A DNA stretch of 38,904 nucleotides from a virus. Positions 11,022 through 20,967 of the stretch are shown in pieces. Location: positions 1 through 38,904 of the IMG/VR virus record IMGVR_UViG_3300030330_005386; one strand, written 5' to 3'. Position numbers and translations under genes: made by a program. Position 1 is the first letter of the stretch. The number at the start of each line of letters is the position of its first letter. The notes beneath the pieces were generated by a model that ran no database searches, was not told the origin of the DNA, and saw only the letters and a list, made by a program, of their open reading frames with translations.

Positions 11022-11192
11022 TTAGCATTCTTCGCTGCTTTCGGCAAATTCCATTTCGCAGCGAATAACATTTCCATAGACTGACGGGTTTCTGCTCTCA
11101 TACTCGTAACACTTAAGAATTTCTTCGTAAAACCCTACAGGGTAAATTTTTGCCGGGATTTTTTTTGGGGCTTTTTTGGAATTAAAGCTCAT
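11022..11192 (-). CDS. Hypothetical small protein (likely start MSFNSKKAPK, GAGGG SD)
   Basis: Minus-strand ORF; start chosen downstream of the track start (11252) because of a GAGGG SD 5-6 nt upstream. Confidence 0.5.
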   Translation of the reverse strand: MSFNSKKAPKKIPAKIYPVGFYEEILKCYEYESRNPSVYGNVIRCEMEFAESSEEC

Positions 11193-11199
11193 TTTTCCC

Positions 11200-11418
11200 T
11201 CAGAGAGGATTGGAATACGCAATGGTATTTTCGGGTGCGGTAGCACGAACAAAGGACAACACGTTCATGAACTCATCCATTGTCGTGCAGTCCACCACCT
11301 TCTCATCACCCTCGTTGGAGTAAAGATAAAAGTTGCGGGCAGAAGGATCGATGACGACTCGGGTGAGAAATTCGTCTTGCATTGGTGTTCCCTTGATTAC
11401 CCACATATTATAGAGCAC
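11200..11418 (-). CDS. Conserved-looking hypothetical protein
   Basis: 72 aa ORF abutting neighbouring genes in the same operon; internal start MQDEFLTRVV also plausible. Confidence 0.55.
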   Translation of the reverse strand: MLYNMWVIKGTPMQDEFLTRVVIDPSARNFYLYSNEGDEKVVDCTTMDEFMNVLSFVRATAPENTIAYSNPL

Positions 11419-11661
11419 TCAGGCATCCTTGTCAAGCAACTCACCGATGATTATGTAGTAGCAATCGACAGGTAACCCGTTGGTATCCAGAGTAATCTCT
11501 CTACCCTGACGACGCTTGACACGAAGATCTTGATTTGCTCCTACCTGTGTCAAGTGAATGGTAATGGAGTCCATATCAATATCCTCTTCCCATGATTCTG
11601 GGATGATAATTTCCTTTTTAGTTGTTCTGCCGTGCAGAAATTCAAAGTTTGGTTCAATCAT
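11419..11661 (-). CDS. Small structural-domain protein, related to C-terminus of the 13118..14095 product
   Basis: IIIPESWEEDIDMDSITIHLTQVGANQDLRVKR...CYYIIIGE aligns with IIKLPDYWKGLIDYDTISVHLTPFGRKDNLYVKD...CFYQVWAD. Confidence 0.65.
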   Translation of the reverse strand: MIEPNFEFLHGRTTKKEIIIPESWEEDIDMDSITIHLTQVGANQDLRVKRRQGREITLDTNGLPVDCYYIIIGELLDKDA

Positions 11662-13118
11662 TGTACGACATCCGATACTGTAGTGTTATTAATAAGAACT
11701 TGTAGTGATTCAAGTTCATCCATTTCCTCATTTAATTGTCCTAGAATTTTTCTTGTGCCATGTATTCCAAGTTGAATACGATTTCTCTCAGTTCTCAATG
11801 CGTTATTACTTTGTTCTAATATAACGTTGTCACTATTTTGTGCTGTCAGTGCAGTCTCTTTAGTGCTTGAAATACCTAAAGCATTTGTAATTTGATTCTC
11901 AATATCGCTAGAACAATTAGATAGAGAAGTATAATTACCCGTAAGATCGGTAACAGTTATTCTATCTCCTTCAGTAGCTCTTGTTAATCCATCGACAGGA
12001 GCGTGTCCAAAACCAATTCTATAAAACTTTTGTCCTGCTCCTACTTCTGGTTCAACTTTTCCACCATGTTCGAGTGGTAGAAATTTCAACGCTGAATTCC
12101 ACGTTGCAAATTTTACATTGACACCTGAGTTATCAATGTAAGCAGATATACCCGTACCTAATGTGCTGGTGTTTGCAATACTAATAGTTTGTGGTGTGAA
12201 AGGATCTTGATTAAAAGGAATGTCATATCGTTTTCTACCACCAAATCTAAATGCAATAGGATCGTCCAGTGCTCTAAACTCCACAAACGAACCGTCAGAT
12301 TCTGGAGCAGAGGCAGGAGCACCACAATTAGTATCCATTGATAAAATATTAACTGTGACAGCAGTGCTACCAATACCTGATGATGGAATAGAACGGATGT
12401 CCTTTAAAGCCGTTGAGATTCCCACAATTTTTGCATTATTAGGAAAGATAGCAGTTTTTCCTGCACTAACGACAATTTGTCCAACACCAAAAGTTAAACC
12501 AGATCCCACTGGTTGCATCACAGTTACTTCCGTAGATCCAATACTACAAGTACCGATGAACTCACCAATTAATGTGTCGCCAATATCTTTATCATAAGGT
12601 TCTGAATATATTTTCAATCCATATCTGTTTCTTCTATCAAATCCAAAGTATGGGTTATTTACAAAATCATTTATCTCCTCAATTTCATTTCCATAAGTTT
12701 GACTAGCGGGATAATAAGTTACAATACCAGTAACACCCACATATGCAACCGTGCTACCAATACCTGCATTTGAGTCAATATTAGTGTCGGTTAAACTATA
12801 TCCTCCGGGGTTAAGTCTAGTACATTCTAATGTGTACTCATCATCTTCAATCCCTGACGTAAAATCAACAATTCTCCAAAATAAATCACTTTTACAATCA
12901 CTGGCAATTGCTGCATCATATGCCTCACTTACCGCATCAAATGATTTATTAACAACATCAAGGCGGTTCAAAAGTTCTAGTTCAATCCTAACAATACCTT
13001 CATCATACAAAGATTTTTGATCGTCAAACTCAACAATCTGATCTTGAAGTTTCTCGATGTTCATTACTTTGAAATCGATATCTTCTTGTGCTCTATTTAC
13101 AAGTTCTGTAGATAACAT
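11658..13118 (-). CDS. Virion structural protein (cyanophage T4-like, coiled-coil termini)
   Basis: 486 aa in structural operon; ATGA-type overlaps with neighbours. Confidence 0.6.
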   Translation of the reverse strand: MLSTELVNRAQEDIDFKVMNIEKLQDQIVEFDDQKSLYDEGIVRIELELLNRLDVVNKSFDAVSEAYDAAIASDCKSDLFWRIVDFTSGIEDDEYTLECTRLNPGGYSLTDTNIDSNAGIGSTVAYVGVTGIVTYYPASQTYGNEIEEINDFVNNPYFGFDRRNRYGLKIYSEPYDKDIGDTLIGEFIGTCSIGSTEVTVMQPVGSGLTFGVGQIVVSAGKTAIFPNNAKIVGISTALKDIRSIPSSGIGSTAVTVNILSMDTNCGAPASAPESDGSFVEFRALDDPIAFRFGGRKRYDIPFNQDPFTPQTISIANTSTLGTGISAYIDNSGVNVKFATWNSALKFLPLEHGGKVEPEVGAGQKFYRIGFGHAPVDGLTRATEGDRITVTDLTGNYTSLSNCSSDIENQITNALGISSTKETALTAQNSDNVILEQSNNALRTERNRIQLGIHGTRKILGQLNEEMDELESLQVLINNTTVSDVVQ

Positions 13119-14095
13119 TATTCTCTCACGTCGTAAGTGTATCCAGCGATAGAATGATCGGATTGATCACCTGGGTAGTCAGCAGGGGAGTTTCCTTCAT
13201 ATTCTACAATCATCTCACCAAGTCTGTCTGCCCATACCTGATAGAAGCATTTAACATTAGTGAGGTGATCACCCGTTACAATAATTCTATCTTCTTGTAT
13301 ATCTTTTACATACAAGTTATCTTTTCTCCCAAATGGAGTAAGATGTACAGATATTGTATCATAATCTATCAAACCTTTCCAGTAGTCTGGCAATTTAATG
13401 ATGTGTTCTCCATCAAGTTTACCTCTGACATAAACAGCACTCTCTGGCCCTTCAACACAGGTATGTCTTAGACGCCAACCCTCTTTATTAGGATGCTGAA
13501 TGTCAAAGTTCTTCTTAGCAGCAAGAACATTACCACCCGTATCGGAAACGGTAAAAGCAACTGCAGGCCCTGATGTTACGGTGGGGCCAACTAAGGCCTT
13601 TGCAGATGCTCTAACTTCAGCGCCAGACTGTGCTTCAACACCAGTTTTTACCTCTGCCCCCGTTTCAATCTTGACACCAATTTTCTTCATCAAAGAAATA
13701 ATATTGATATCAAGTGGTGATACTGTTTTCTTTGATACCGCATTGATTTCAAGCACAATGGTTGTTGCCATCGTGATTCCCACAGGGCCTAAAGGATCAC
13801 CAATCACCACATCAATAGGAGTTGATGCCGGAGGGGGAAGTCCTCTAATATGAACAATTGAGGGTGCTTTAAATGCAAGCGGATTGGTGACAGGATCAGG
13901 ACGTGTTACCTGAAGAGAGGCAGTGTGAAGAGGGAATAAAGCAGAACTTCCAACTAAAACGCTACCATTAAAATATCCAGTGCCAGGAATGGCGGCCGCC
14001 CCTGCCAAATAAGCAGCACATGGAACAGGAGCTACACCTTGAGGAGAGTAGTTTACCTGTAATTGTTTACCAACTAATACGTCTGATACTTCCAT
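13118..14095 (-). CDS. Virion structural / fibre-associated protein
   Basis: 325 aa; GWRLRHTCVEGPESAVYVRGKLDGEHIIKLPDYWKGLIDYDTISVHLTPFG. Confidence 0.65.
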   Translation of the reverse strand: MEVSDVLVGKQLQVNYSPQGVAPVPCAAYLAGAAAIPGTGYFNGSVLVGSSALFPLHTASLQVTRPDPVTNPLAFKAPSIVHIRGLPPPASTPIDVVIGDPLGPVGITMATTIVLEINAVSKKTVSPLDINIISLMKKIGVKIETGAEVKTGVEAQSGAEVRASAKALVGPTVTSGPAVAFTVSDTGGNVLAAKKNFDIQHPNKEGWRLRHTCVEGPESAVYVRGKLDGEHIIKLPDYWKGLIDYDTISVHLTPFGRKDNLYVKDIQEDRIIVTGDHLTNVKCFYQVWADRLGEMIVEYEGNSPADYPGDQSDHSIAGYTYDVRE

Positions 14096-14097
14096 TT

Positions 14098-14718
14098 TTA
14101 TTTAAGTAAACTCTCAATTAGTTTTGCAAGTCCTTCACCAAATTGAATGATTGTGTTGGCACCAGAACCCGTAATACCTGAAATGGGTGATACATCAGGT
14201 GCTTCAACAACTTTAAAGTCTCCAGAGGAAACTTTAACTTCACCACCAGTGTTTAAATTAATTTTAGTCTCGGCTGCCATACCGATTCTATCATTAGCAT
14301 TTATCTTTAGTTCACCAGTTCTCATATCAATAGCACTATTTGAATGTATATTTACGAATCCAGTGGTTGTGCCATTGCCTTCAGAGATAAGATCAATATC
14401 TCTTGCCATTATTCTTATTCTACCCCTTGGAGCATATAAAATAATATCACCGTTCTCAGCGTATGTAATGGCAGAGACACCATCAACAGGTTTTTCACCA
14501 CACCTAACATTATATACAGATGGTGCAGACACATTGATAGCACCATCTAAAGTGCCACTCATTTGAAGTCCAATGTATTGCGCTCTCTTGAATGTCGAAG
14601 GAAAAATACGGCGAATCATAATCGCCATTTTATTATTTCTTTTATCAACAGTATCTAATACCAACTCACCAGTGGTATTGCCAAACCTATTATAATCTGG
14701 ACAAGTATTTTCTGCCAT
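14098..14718 (-). CDS. Baseplate-associated structural protein with repetitive beta segments
   Basis: 206 aa; NGDIILYAPRGRIRIMARDIDLISEG...AIDMRTGELKINANDRIGMAAETKINLNTGGEVKV (beta-prism/needle-like repeats) next to the gp5-like gene. Confidence 0.55.
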   Translation of the reverse strand: MAENTCPDYNRFGNTTGELVLDTVDKRNNKMAIMIRRIFPSTFKRAQYIGLQMSGTLDGAINVSAPSVYNVRCGEKPVDGVSAITYAENGDIILYAPRGRIRIMARDIDLISEGNGTTTGFVNIHSNSAIDMRTGELKINANDRIGMAAETKINLNTGGEVKVSSGDFKVVEAPDVSPISGITGSGANTIIQFGEGLAKLIESLLK

Positions 14719-17492
14719 TATACCTTACCAACACAATCGATTACTTGCAGAGTTGGGGTGCCAAAAGGAACCACAAATCCAGAATCATTAGGATTAATAA
14801 ATCTAAGAACCGGTTTCAAATCTGCATTAAATCCTGTTTCAGTATTTATTCTAAGAGACGGAAGTGTTGTAAAACCAATACCAGGATTAGTGATATTAGC
14901 GCCAATAATTTGTCCATTTCTGATAATTAAATCAGCAGATCCATTAGTTCCATCACCTATTAAAAGTTGATCTCCATCATTATAACCAAATCCAGGATTT
15001 GATACAAAAATGGAACCTATCGTACTTACAACTTCTTGTCCATCAGTCTGTGTTGATGTAGGAGGTTCATTAGGATCTTCAGGTGTGCCAGGAGGACATC
15101 CAGGTGCAGTGAAAGTCACATAAAATTCAGGAATCTTACCCCAGTTTGGATCAAGTAATTTCTCTCTCATTTTTCTTCCTACTCTAAGGAAGAATTTATT
15201 TTCTAAGAAGAATCTGATATCCTGTTCCGTATAACCCTCAGCAAATGCTCTTTGTGCATCGACTTCAAATCCAAACTGATGCCTAATGCCAGTCTCATAT
15301 GTTTTACCAAAAGAATAATCAAAAGATGTCATGTCCTTTAATTTGGGATTGACACCTGTGATGATACAACCAGGAATCATATCCTCAGTAAAGTTTTCAT
15401 CAATAACAATTGTTGCTTGTCCAGGTAAAGTAACTTCATCACCATAATAAACCCTAACAGTTTGTCCTAAACTGTAAGGAATATCCCATCTGTAATCTGC
15501 TCTGTGAACAGAGGTTTGACATCTGTTTGCCCATACTCTTCCCCCTCCACCTTTATCGCCATAGGGGAATGCTTCATAACCATATCCTGGATCGGTTATG
15601 ACTACATCAATAATTCCTGTTCCATCATCACCAGGCCCTGTTCCATCACCACCACCATCATCACCAGTCCCTGTTCCATCATCACCAGGCCCTGTTCCAT
15701 CACCACCACCATCATCACCAGTCCCTGTTCCATCATCACCAGTCCCACCACCTCCTGGATCTCCATCAATAGGACTTCCATCACCACCACCATCATCACC
15801 AGTCCCACCACCAGTTCCGGTTTCAATAGGACCTATGATTACTGTGCCTGTTCCACCTTGTCCATTGCCGCAGGCATCTACAAATTCTACAAAAGGTGCT
15901 GATGTATAGTTTCCTGAATTTAATATTTGAACGCCAAGAATTTCTCCTGCAGTATTGATGACTGCGTTGGCGGCACCACCAAAACCATTACCACCAAAGA
16001 ACTGTACATTTGGAGGCCCACAATTAACAGCACCTGTGTCACATGATCCATCAAGAACATTTTGCCAGATTGTCCCAGCATTAATATCACCAAGTGGTTC
16101 AAATACTGAACCATCAGCATTTGTGAAATTCCAATCATCGACTAGTTCATCAAATGTTGCAGTGACACTACCAACAGTGCTCGCTGCTGATGATGCCATG
16201 TTTTTTGCTTTATTAAAAACCTGTCCAAAATCCAACGGTTCCAAAGAGGAACTTGAACCGCTAAGAAAATCCCAGTTATCGGTTGAAGGACATATATTTT
16301 CAACAGGACATCTTATAATATCAATTATATCAATTGCAAAATCTATAAGTTCACTAGTAAAATCAATAATATCACCAATAAGTCCACTTAAAGGCCCTAA
16401 AATAGAATTGATAAGTCCAGTTATTCTACCAATAATTTCACCAATTATTCCCCCAAGAATATTTTCAACTAAACATGAGGCAGCGTTAAGAATTCTGTCT
16501 ATGATAGACTTTAAAATATTTCCTACTAGATTTTCTAAACCAAGTAGAATTCTGTAAAACAAACAAGACAATGCGGAAAGAGCTTTGTCTTTGGTTTCAT
16601 TTACAATGTATCTGGTGCTTAGAGGTACATTACCAATGAACTGGTTTACACCAGATGAAACTTTTCTTATCACCCATTTCCTCATCTCCTGCATCAGAGC
16701 AGCAATAATTTGTGAAATATCTTGAGCGGCATTACCTATAGATATTTCATATTCTTCACCACCGATACCTATTCCACTTGCTACATTAAAATTCTGTACA
16801 TCATTTAAAAAATTTTGTGATGTTTGGAGAAAACTATCTTCACCCAATAAACCAGTTCTGAGTTCCTCAATCTGTTTTATTAATCGATCAATAGCATCAT
16901 TTACACCAGCAGTATTTACAGGAGCACATGCCTTGGGCATGGTTGGTGTTTTGGTGTTTAATGGTTTTGCTTCCTTGTCTGAAAATTTAGAAGTTTTCTG
17001 TGTTCCAAATAATTCGTTTGTTGTTGGGTTTGTTGTAACTGAGGTATCGGGCACAACAGATTGCCCCGGTATAAAACCACTTAATGCCGCTACGCCCTGA
17101 GCTTGATTTCTACCGTCTTCCAATAAGTTCCTAACAAAATTAGGGACTACTGCTTCTATTTGATATGTGCCACTATTGGGATCTTTAGATACATAAACGA
17201 ATGTATTCGGTGTATATCTAATAATACCTACATTCTGTGCTCCCAATCCACTATTAAGTTGAAGCGGATATGCAAGAGGTAATCTATTTTCGGGTTTATC
17301 GGGGGGATCCTCACCTAATATTCTAATTCTGTATCGCTGAGCAACAACATCACCCCCCTGATTAGCACCATGTACGGCACTATCTTGCGTCTCCTCCTGA
17401 GCAGTCGTACCTACGATTACAGCAATCTTTCTGTAATGTTCAGCAAAACCTTTTGCTATTTGTAGTGATTCGTATCTGCTCGAAAGTCCCAT
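14718..17492 (-). CDS. 5: Baseplate hub protein with gp5-like N-terminal OB-fold domain and Asp/Gly-rich linker
   Basis: VAQRYRIRILGEDPPDKPENRLPLAYPLQLNSGLGAQNVGIIRYTPNTFVYVSKDPN is typical of cyanophage gp5 OB domain; no T4 lysozyme domain seen. Confidence 0.65.
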   Translation of the reverse strand: MGLSSRYESLQIAKGFAEHYRKIAVIVGTTAQEETQDSAVHGANQGGDVVAQRYRIRILGEDPPDKPENRLPLAYPLQLNSGLGAQNVGIIRYTPNTFVYVSKDPNSGTYQIEAVVPNFVRNLLEDGRNQAQGVAALSGFIPGQSVVPDTSVTTNPTTNELFGTQKTSKFSDKEAKPLNTKTPTMPKACAPVNTAGVNDAIDRLIKQIEELRTGLLGEDSFLQTSQNFLNDVQNFNVASGIGIGGEEYEISIGNAAQDISQIIAALMQEMRKWVIRKVSSGVNQFIGNVPLSTRYIVNETKDKALSALSCLFYRILLGLENLVGNILKSIIDRILNAASCLVENILGGIIGEIIGRITGLINSILGPLSGLIGDIIDFTSELIDFAIDIIDIIRCPVENICPSTDNWDFLSGSSSSLEPLDFGQVFNKAKNMASSAASTVGSVTATFDELVDDWNFTNADGSVFEPLGDINAGTIWQNVLDGSCDTGAVNCGPPNVQFFGGNGFGGAANAVINTAGEILGVQILNSGNYTSAPFVEFVDACGNGQGGTGTVIIGPIETGTGGGTGDDGGGDGSPIDGDPGGGGTGDDGTGTGDDGGGDGTGPGDDGTGTGDDGGGDGTGPGDDGTGIIDVVITDPGYGYEAFPYGDKGGGGRVWANRCQTSVHRADYRWDIPYSLGQTVRVYYGDEVTLPGQATIVIDENFTEDMIPGCIITGVNPKLKDMTSFDYSFGKTYETGIRHQFGFEVDAQRAFAEGYTEQDIRFFLENKFFLRVGRKMREKLLDPNWGKIPEFYVTFTAPGCPPGTPEDPNEPPTSTQTDGQEVVSTIGSIFVSNPGFGYNDGDQLLIGDGTNGSADLIIRNGQIIGANITNPGIGFTTLPSLRINTETGFNADLKPVLRFINPNDSGFVVPFGTPTLQVIDCVGKV
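15618..15760 (-). repeat. 54-bp (18-aa) in-frame tandem repeat, GTGDDGGGDGTGPGDDGT, ~2.5 copies
   Basis: Direct repetition of tgttccatcatcaccaggccctgttccatcaccaccaccatcatcaccagtccc on + strand. Confidence 0.9.
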
Positions 17493-17495
17493 CTA

Positions 17496-17723
17496 TCAAT
17501 TGTCGTGTGTTTTACACTCGGGTGCGCCAGGTTCCATTTCGCAATAGAGTTCAAGTGCAGTAGGATCATGGTGATCTCCTGCTTCAATTTCTTCCTTATG
17601 ATTTTCAACGTAAACTTCAAGTTCGTGAAGTTCTTCTTCGATGTGACGGCGTTGTTGTGGAGACGTTGTGGGATTCTCAAGAATCTCCTTGTCCGTTTGG
17701 ATGTGCTTTTCTACGCTTTCCAT
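17496..17723 (-). CDS. cp12: CP12-like Calvin-cycle regulator
   Basis: 75 aa; C-terminus DPTALELYCEMEPGAPECKTHDN retains the C-x8-C spacing and LExxC...P...EC pattern of CP12 C-termini. Confidence 0.65.
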   Translation of the reverse strand: MESVEKHIQTDKEILENPTTSPQQRRHIEEELHELEVYVENHKEEIEAGDHHDPTALELYCEMEPGAPECKTHDN

Positions 17724-19012
17724 TAGTTTTTAACTCCGTAAGAATCTCGTACTAAATTTAAACCGGTGAACGCCTGTGTTGGCGTACTGTAATGACACAA
17801 ATCCGCTATCATATATATGCCACTATCCTTGGGGCTCCTTGACTGACTCTTCTTTTGTGAAGTTTCAGGGAATTTACAGAACACCAGATCACCAGCACTC
17901 AATGATAGATCTGCATCAATCACTATATTAAGTGATGAACTGAACTTTTGCCTATAATTTTGTAGTGATTGTAGCGATGTCCTGACAATATCAAAACTAT
18001 TGTCACCTATGTCAGCTATGTCTCCACCTGGAATAATTTTTTGTCCATCATCTTTTGTTTGATGTAACTCAGCAGTTGTTTTATCTCTGTACTCTTTACT
18101 TATAATTGGAAGATTATTTCCTGCAATAATTCCATTTCCTTCTGATGGGGATGTTCTTTCTATCTCTTGAAATCTATCAGCATTTCCAAGTGGATTAAAC
18201 AAATCAAGTTCGGTGTTATAAGCACCCTCTTCAAACTGTTTAAGCATATCATTAATCAATACAAAACTAGACTTCAAAATTTTACCGCTGAAACCAGGAC
18301 TTACGCGATTATCTGCAAATCCTGTCTCCTCAAATTTCTTGATAGTCTTCCCTTTTGTATCAAATATTTTATCAAGAGACTTAAACTTATATCCAGTTGA
18401 AGTTTCCCAGAACAAATATCCTGCACTATCAATACCCTCAGGAACTGATACCTTTTGAACATCAAGACACATTTCAAAAGGATATCTATTATCACCATTA
18501 AATTGAATCTCATTCTCTGATGATTCTGAAGAAAGAATTTTCTCAGTTCCTAAATTTCTTAATGCTTGAGTGATCAGGACATCTGCTTTTCCAATATAAC
18601 TATCAGTCATTCTCCTTTCACTAAGGCAATTATCATATGCCTCTTTTGATACCACTCTAATTGAACAAGATGAATCCCTTACACCCTTTCCTGCAAAGAC
18701 AGTTTTACCAACTCGTAAATCATTATCACCCGACAGATCAATCTGATTACCAAATTGATCTTCTAGTTTAAGTTTGAACTTTTCAGTACCTTGTAGTTTG
18801 ATTGACTCTAATATACCTACAGTGCCCTTAGAACCATCATTAGATTTAGTTGCGGTGCCACTATCAATAATCGTCATATCAACTGTAATATAAGGACACA
18901 GCACACTCTCGCGGTATTCAAGAATGGGAACACCTGCTCTGAGATCAACAGAGTCATCATTCTCATTAGAGAAAACTTCTAGTATTCTATGGTTGAGAGA
19001 CTTTCCTTGCAT
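17723..19012 (-). CDS. Putative baseplate hub protein (gp27-like position)
   Basis: 429 aa; located between tape-measure-like and gp5-like genes; N-terminal VPILEYRESVLCPYITVDMTIIDSG. Confidence 0.5.
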   Translation of the reverse strand: MQGKSLNHRILEVFSNENDDSVDLRAGVPILEYRESVLCPYITVDMTIIDSGTATKSNDGSKGTVGILESIKLQGTEKFKLKLEDQFGNQIDLSGDNDLRVGKTVFAGKGVRDSSCSIRVVSKEAYDNCLSERRMTDSYIGKADVLITQALRNLGTEKILSSESSENEIQFNGDNRYPFEMCLDVQKVSVPEGIDSAGYLFWETSTGYKFKSLDKIFDTKGKTIKKFEETGFADNRVSPGFSGKILKSSFVLINDMLKQFEEGAYNTELDLFNPLGNADRFQEIERTSPSEGNGIIAGNNLPIISKEYRDKTTAELHQTKDDGQKIIPGGDIADIGDNSFDIVRTSLQSLQNYRQKFSSSLNIVIDADLSLSAGDLVFCKFPETSQKKSQSRSPKDSGIYMIADLCHYSTPTQAFTGLNLVRDSYGVKN

Positions 19013-20967
19013 TATGCTGATACTTCTACTGGTTGAATCGCTATAACAACTTCTCTAGATTTAATCATACCTTGACTACCATATGTAGTGGGGCCATCTA
19101 AACCATCAGACATATTTCTATTTACACTCGCTACTATAGACGGTTTTGATACACTACTCTGCGATCCAAATTGTCTTTGAATTACTTCAAGTTGTTTTAA
19201 TTCTTCTGAAGAATAATCTCCAGGAATCAACATTCCAGGTTCGATTTGCTGATCTGGTTTTGAATCAACAACAGTTGGAATTTCTGGTTTAATTTTAGGA
19301 GAAATAACTTTTGGTTTCTCAGATCCAATTTTTCCTAGACTGAAAATATTGATATATTTTAATATTGCATTTGCCATATCTCTTTTTCTTTGCCCAATAC
19401 CAAAAATATCGTTTGATGATTTTGAATCTCTCTCAAGTTTTTTAAGAACTTTTTTTCTTTTATCTTCAGGAAGTTTAATAATTTTTGTAGCAGTCAATTG
19501 AGCAATTCTATCAGGATCAATCAAACCAAGATATGCTAGGAGTTCAAAATCTTCATTATAAGGAAGAATCGAACTAATATATTTTCCTAATAATTTTGCA
19601 CCTACATCAAGTCCCACTCCAATCCCAAATGAACCAAGATTTTTTAAGAAGTTTTTGGGACTAAGTAGTTGCTCTTTAAGAACTTTACCTGCATCAAATC
19701 TAAAATCCAATCCTTTTGTTAGAGTTTGAAGTCTCTTTGCATTTACATCAAAAGTTCTTTGTAACTTTCTGCTCAACACTTGTAAATTTTGAGGAATTGT
19801 GAGAGGTTGTTGAGCAGGAGGAATCGTAGGTGCGCGGAACCCTGGGCCTCTTAAAATTCCCTCTGGAGTTCTGTTTACTGGTTTTGGAAATGCTTGTGAT
19901 GCATCAGGAACATTGAATACTCTATCTGCTAAACCTTTTTTCTTTAAAATTTCATAAGCAGCCTTTCTTTCATTAAAAGATTCACCTTCAATATCATTCA
20001 CAATTTTAAGGAGATCGCTATTGCTAAATCCTAACTTTTTATATGTCTTAATTAAATTAGCGATATCACTACCAATCGCTTTACCAAGTAGTTGAGTAGG
20101 GGTATCAGGAATGAATTGTTTTGGCCCAATTGGTTTACTATATTGCTGTTTGTCTATTTTAATCTTTGATTTTCCCTCAAGCACATCATTAATCGCTTTA
20201 TTGATGTCATCAAAGGGCATTCCTCCTCTTCCTGGCACTCCCTTTCCAGCACCAACACTTACCCTCTGAGGTTGTGCTTGTTTCAGTACCCTAGGTTCTG
20301 CTGCCTTTGCTCTTTCTGCCGCTCTTACTTTGAAACGTGTTGGTTTAAAAACTCTTTTAATTATAGGTTGCTCAGCAGGTGTCTTGACAGGAGTTTTAAC
20401 AGCAGATGCTTTTGCTGGTGGTGCCCCTCCAGGCGGTGTTGGTTTTGGCCTTTGTAAACCCACCATTCTATATCCAAGGGCAAGTATGCCCATCATAACA
20501 GTGTCAAGAGTATCACTTAATTCATTGTACGGATTCATATTAATTACGAAATCCGAAATATCTTCAAAAGTTTCTTTAATATCAGTCGCCAATTCAACTA
20601 TATCTTCCCAAAGAGGAACTAGTACCTCATCAAAAAATTTCTTTGCTCGAGCTGCAAATTCTTTTATCTTTTCAATAATATTTTTTGCAAAGGCAGCAAT
20701 CTTGTCAAGATTTTTTACAAAGACACCAAGAAGAGTAAATCCAGCGAAACGGATCACGGTGTCTAAAATATTGCCACCAGGTTTTATTTTTTCTACTGCT
20801 TTGGCACCAACAGAACTGAAAAATTTTTTACTTTCAATTCTTGCTTCTCTTAATTCTTTATTTGCTGCTTGATCTTTTTTCTTTTTGTCACTAAATCTTT
20901 TGCTTCTAATAGCAAAATTTTTCTTATATGTATCAACAACCGATGTGAACTCAGTGAGTTTTATCAT
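19012..20967 (-). CDS. Tail/baseplate structural protein
   Basis: 651 aa with N-terminal helical/hydrophobic region and Lys/Pro-rich linkers; paralogous-looking architecture to the next gene (both have ILDTxxRFxGFTxLGxxVK near the N-terminus). Confidence 0.5.
   Translation of the reverse strand: MIKLTEFTSVVDTYKKNFAIRSKRFSDKKKKDQAANKELREARIESKKFFSSVGAKAVEKIKPGGNILDTVIRFAGFTLLGVFVKNLDKIAAFAKNIIEKIKEFAARAKKFFDEVLVPLWEDIVELATDIKETFEDISDFVINMNPYNELSDTLDTVMMGILALGYRMVGLQRPKPTPPGGAPPAKASAVKTPVKTPAEQPIIKRVFKPTRFKVRAAERAKAAEPRVLKQAQPQRVSVGAGKGVPGRGGMPFDDINKAINDVLEGKSKIKIDKQQYSKPIGPKQFIPDTPTQLLGKAIGSDIANLIKTYKKLGFSNSDLLKIVNDIEGESFNERKAAYEILKKKGLADRVFNVPDASQAFPKPVNRTPEGILRGPGFRAPTIPPAQQPLTIPQNLQVLSRKLQRTFDVNAKRLQTLTKGLDFRFDAGKVLKEQLLSPKNFLKNLGSFGIGVGLDVGAKLLGKYISSILPYNEDFELLAYLGLIDPDRIAQLTATKIIKLPEDKRKKVLKKLERDSKSSNDIFGIGQRKRDMANAILKYINIFSLGKIGSEKPKVISPKIKPEIPTVVDSKPDQQIEPGMLIPGDYSSEELKQLEVIQRQFGSQSSVSKPSIVASVNRNMSDGLDGPTTYGSQGMIKSREVVIAIQPVEVSA

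Noticed and set aside
15618-15760. Possible CRISPR-like repeat array
   Set aside because: Repeats are contiguous, in frame, with no unique spacers; it is a coding tandem repeat.
15504-16557. Several plus- and minus-strand ORFs with low-complexity translations (SSPVPVPSSP, TTTIITSPC)
   Set aside because: All are alternative frames of the Asp/Gly repeat in the 924-aa hub protein.
20330-20872. 180-aa plus-strand ORF
   Set aside because: Shadow frame antisense to the 651-aa structural protein; Ser/Pro-biased composition typical of reverse-frame artefacts.
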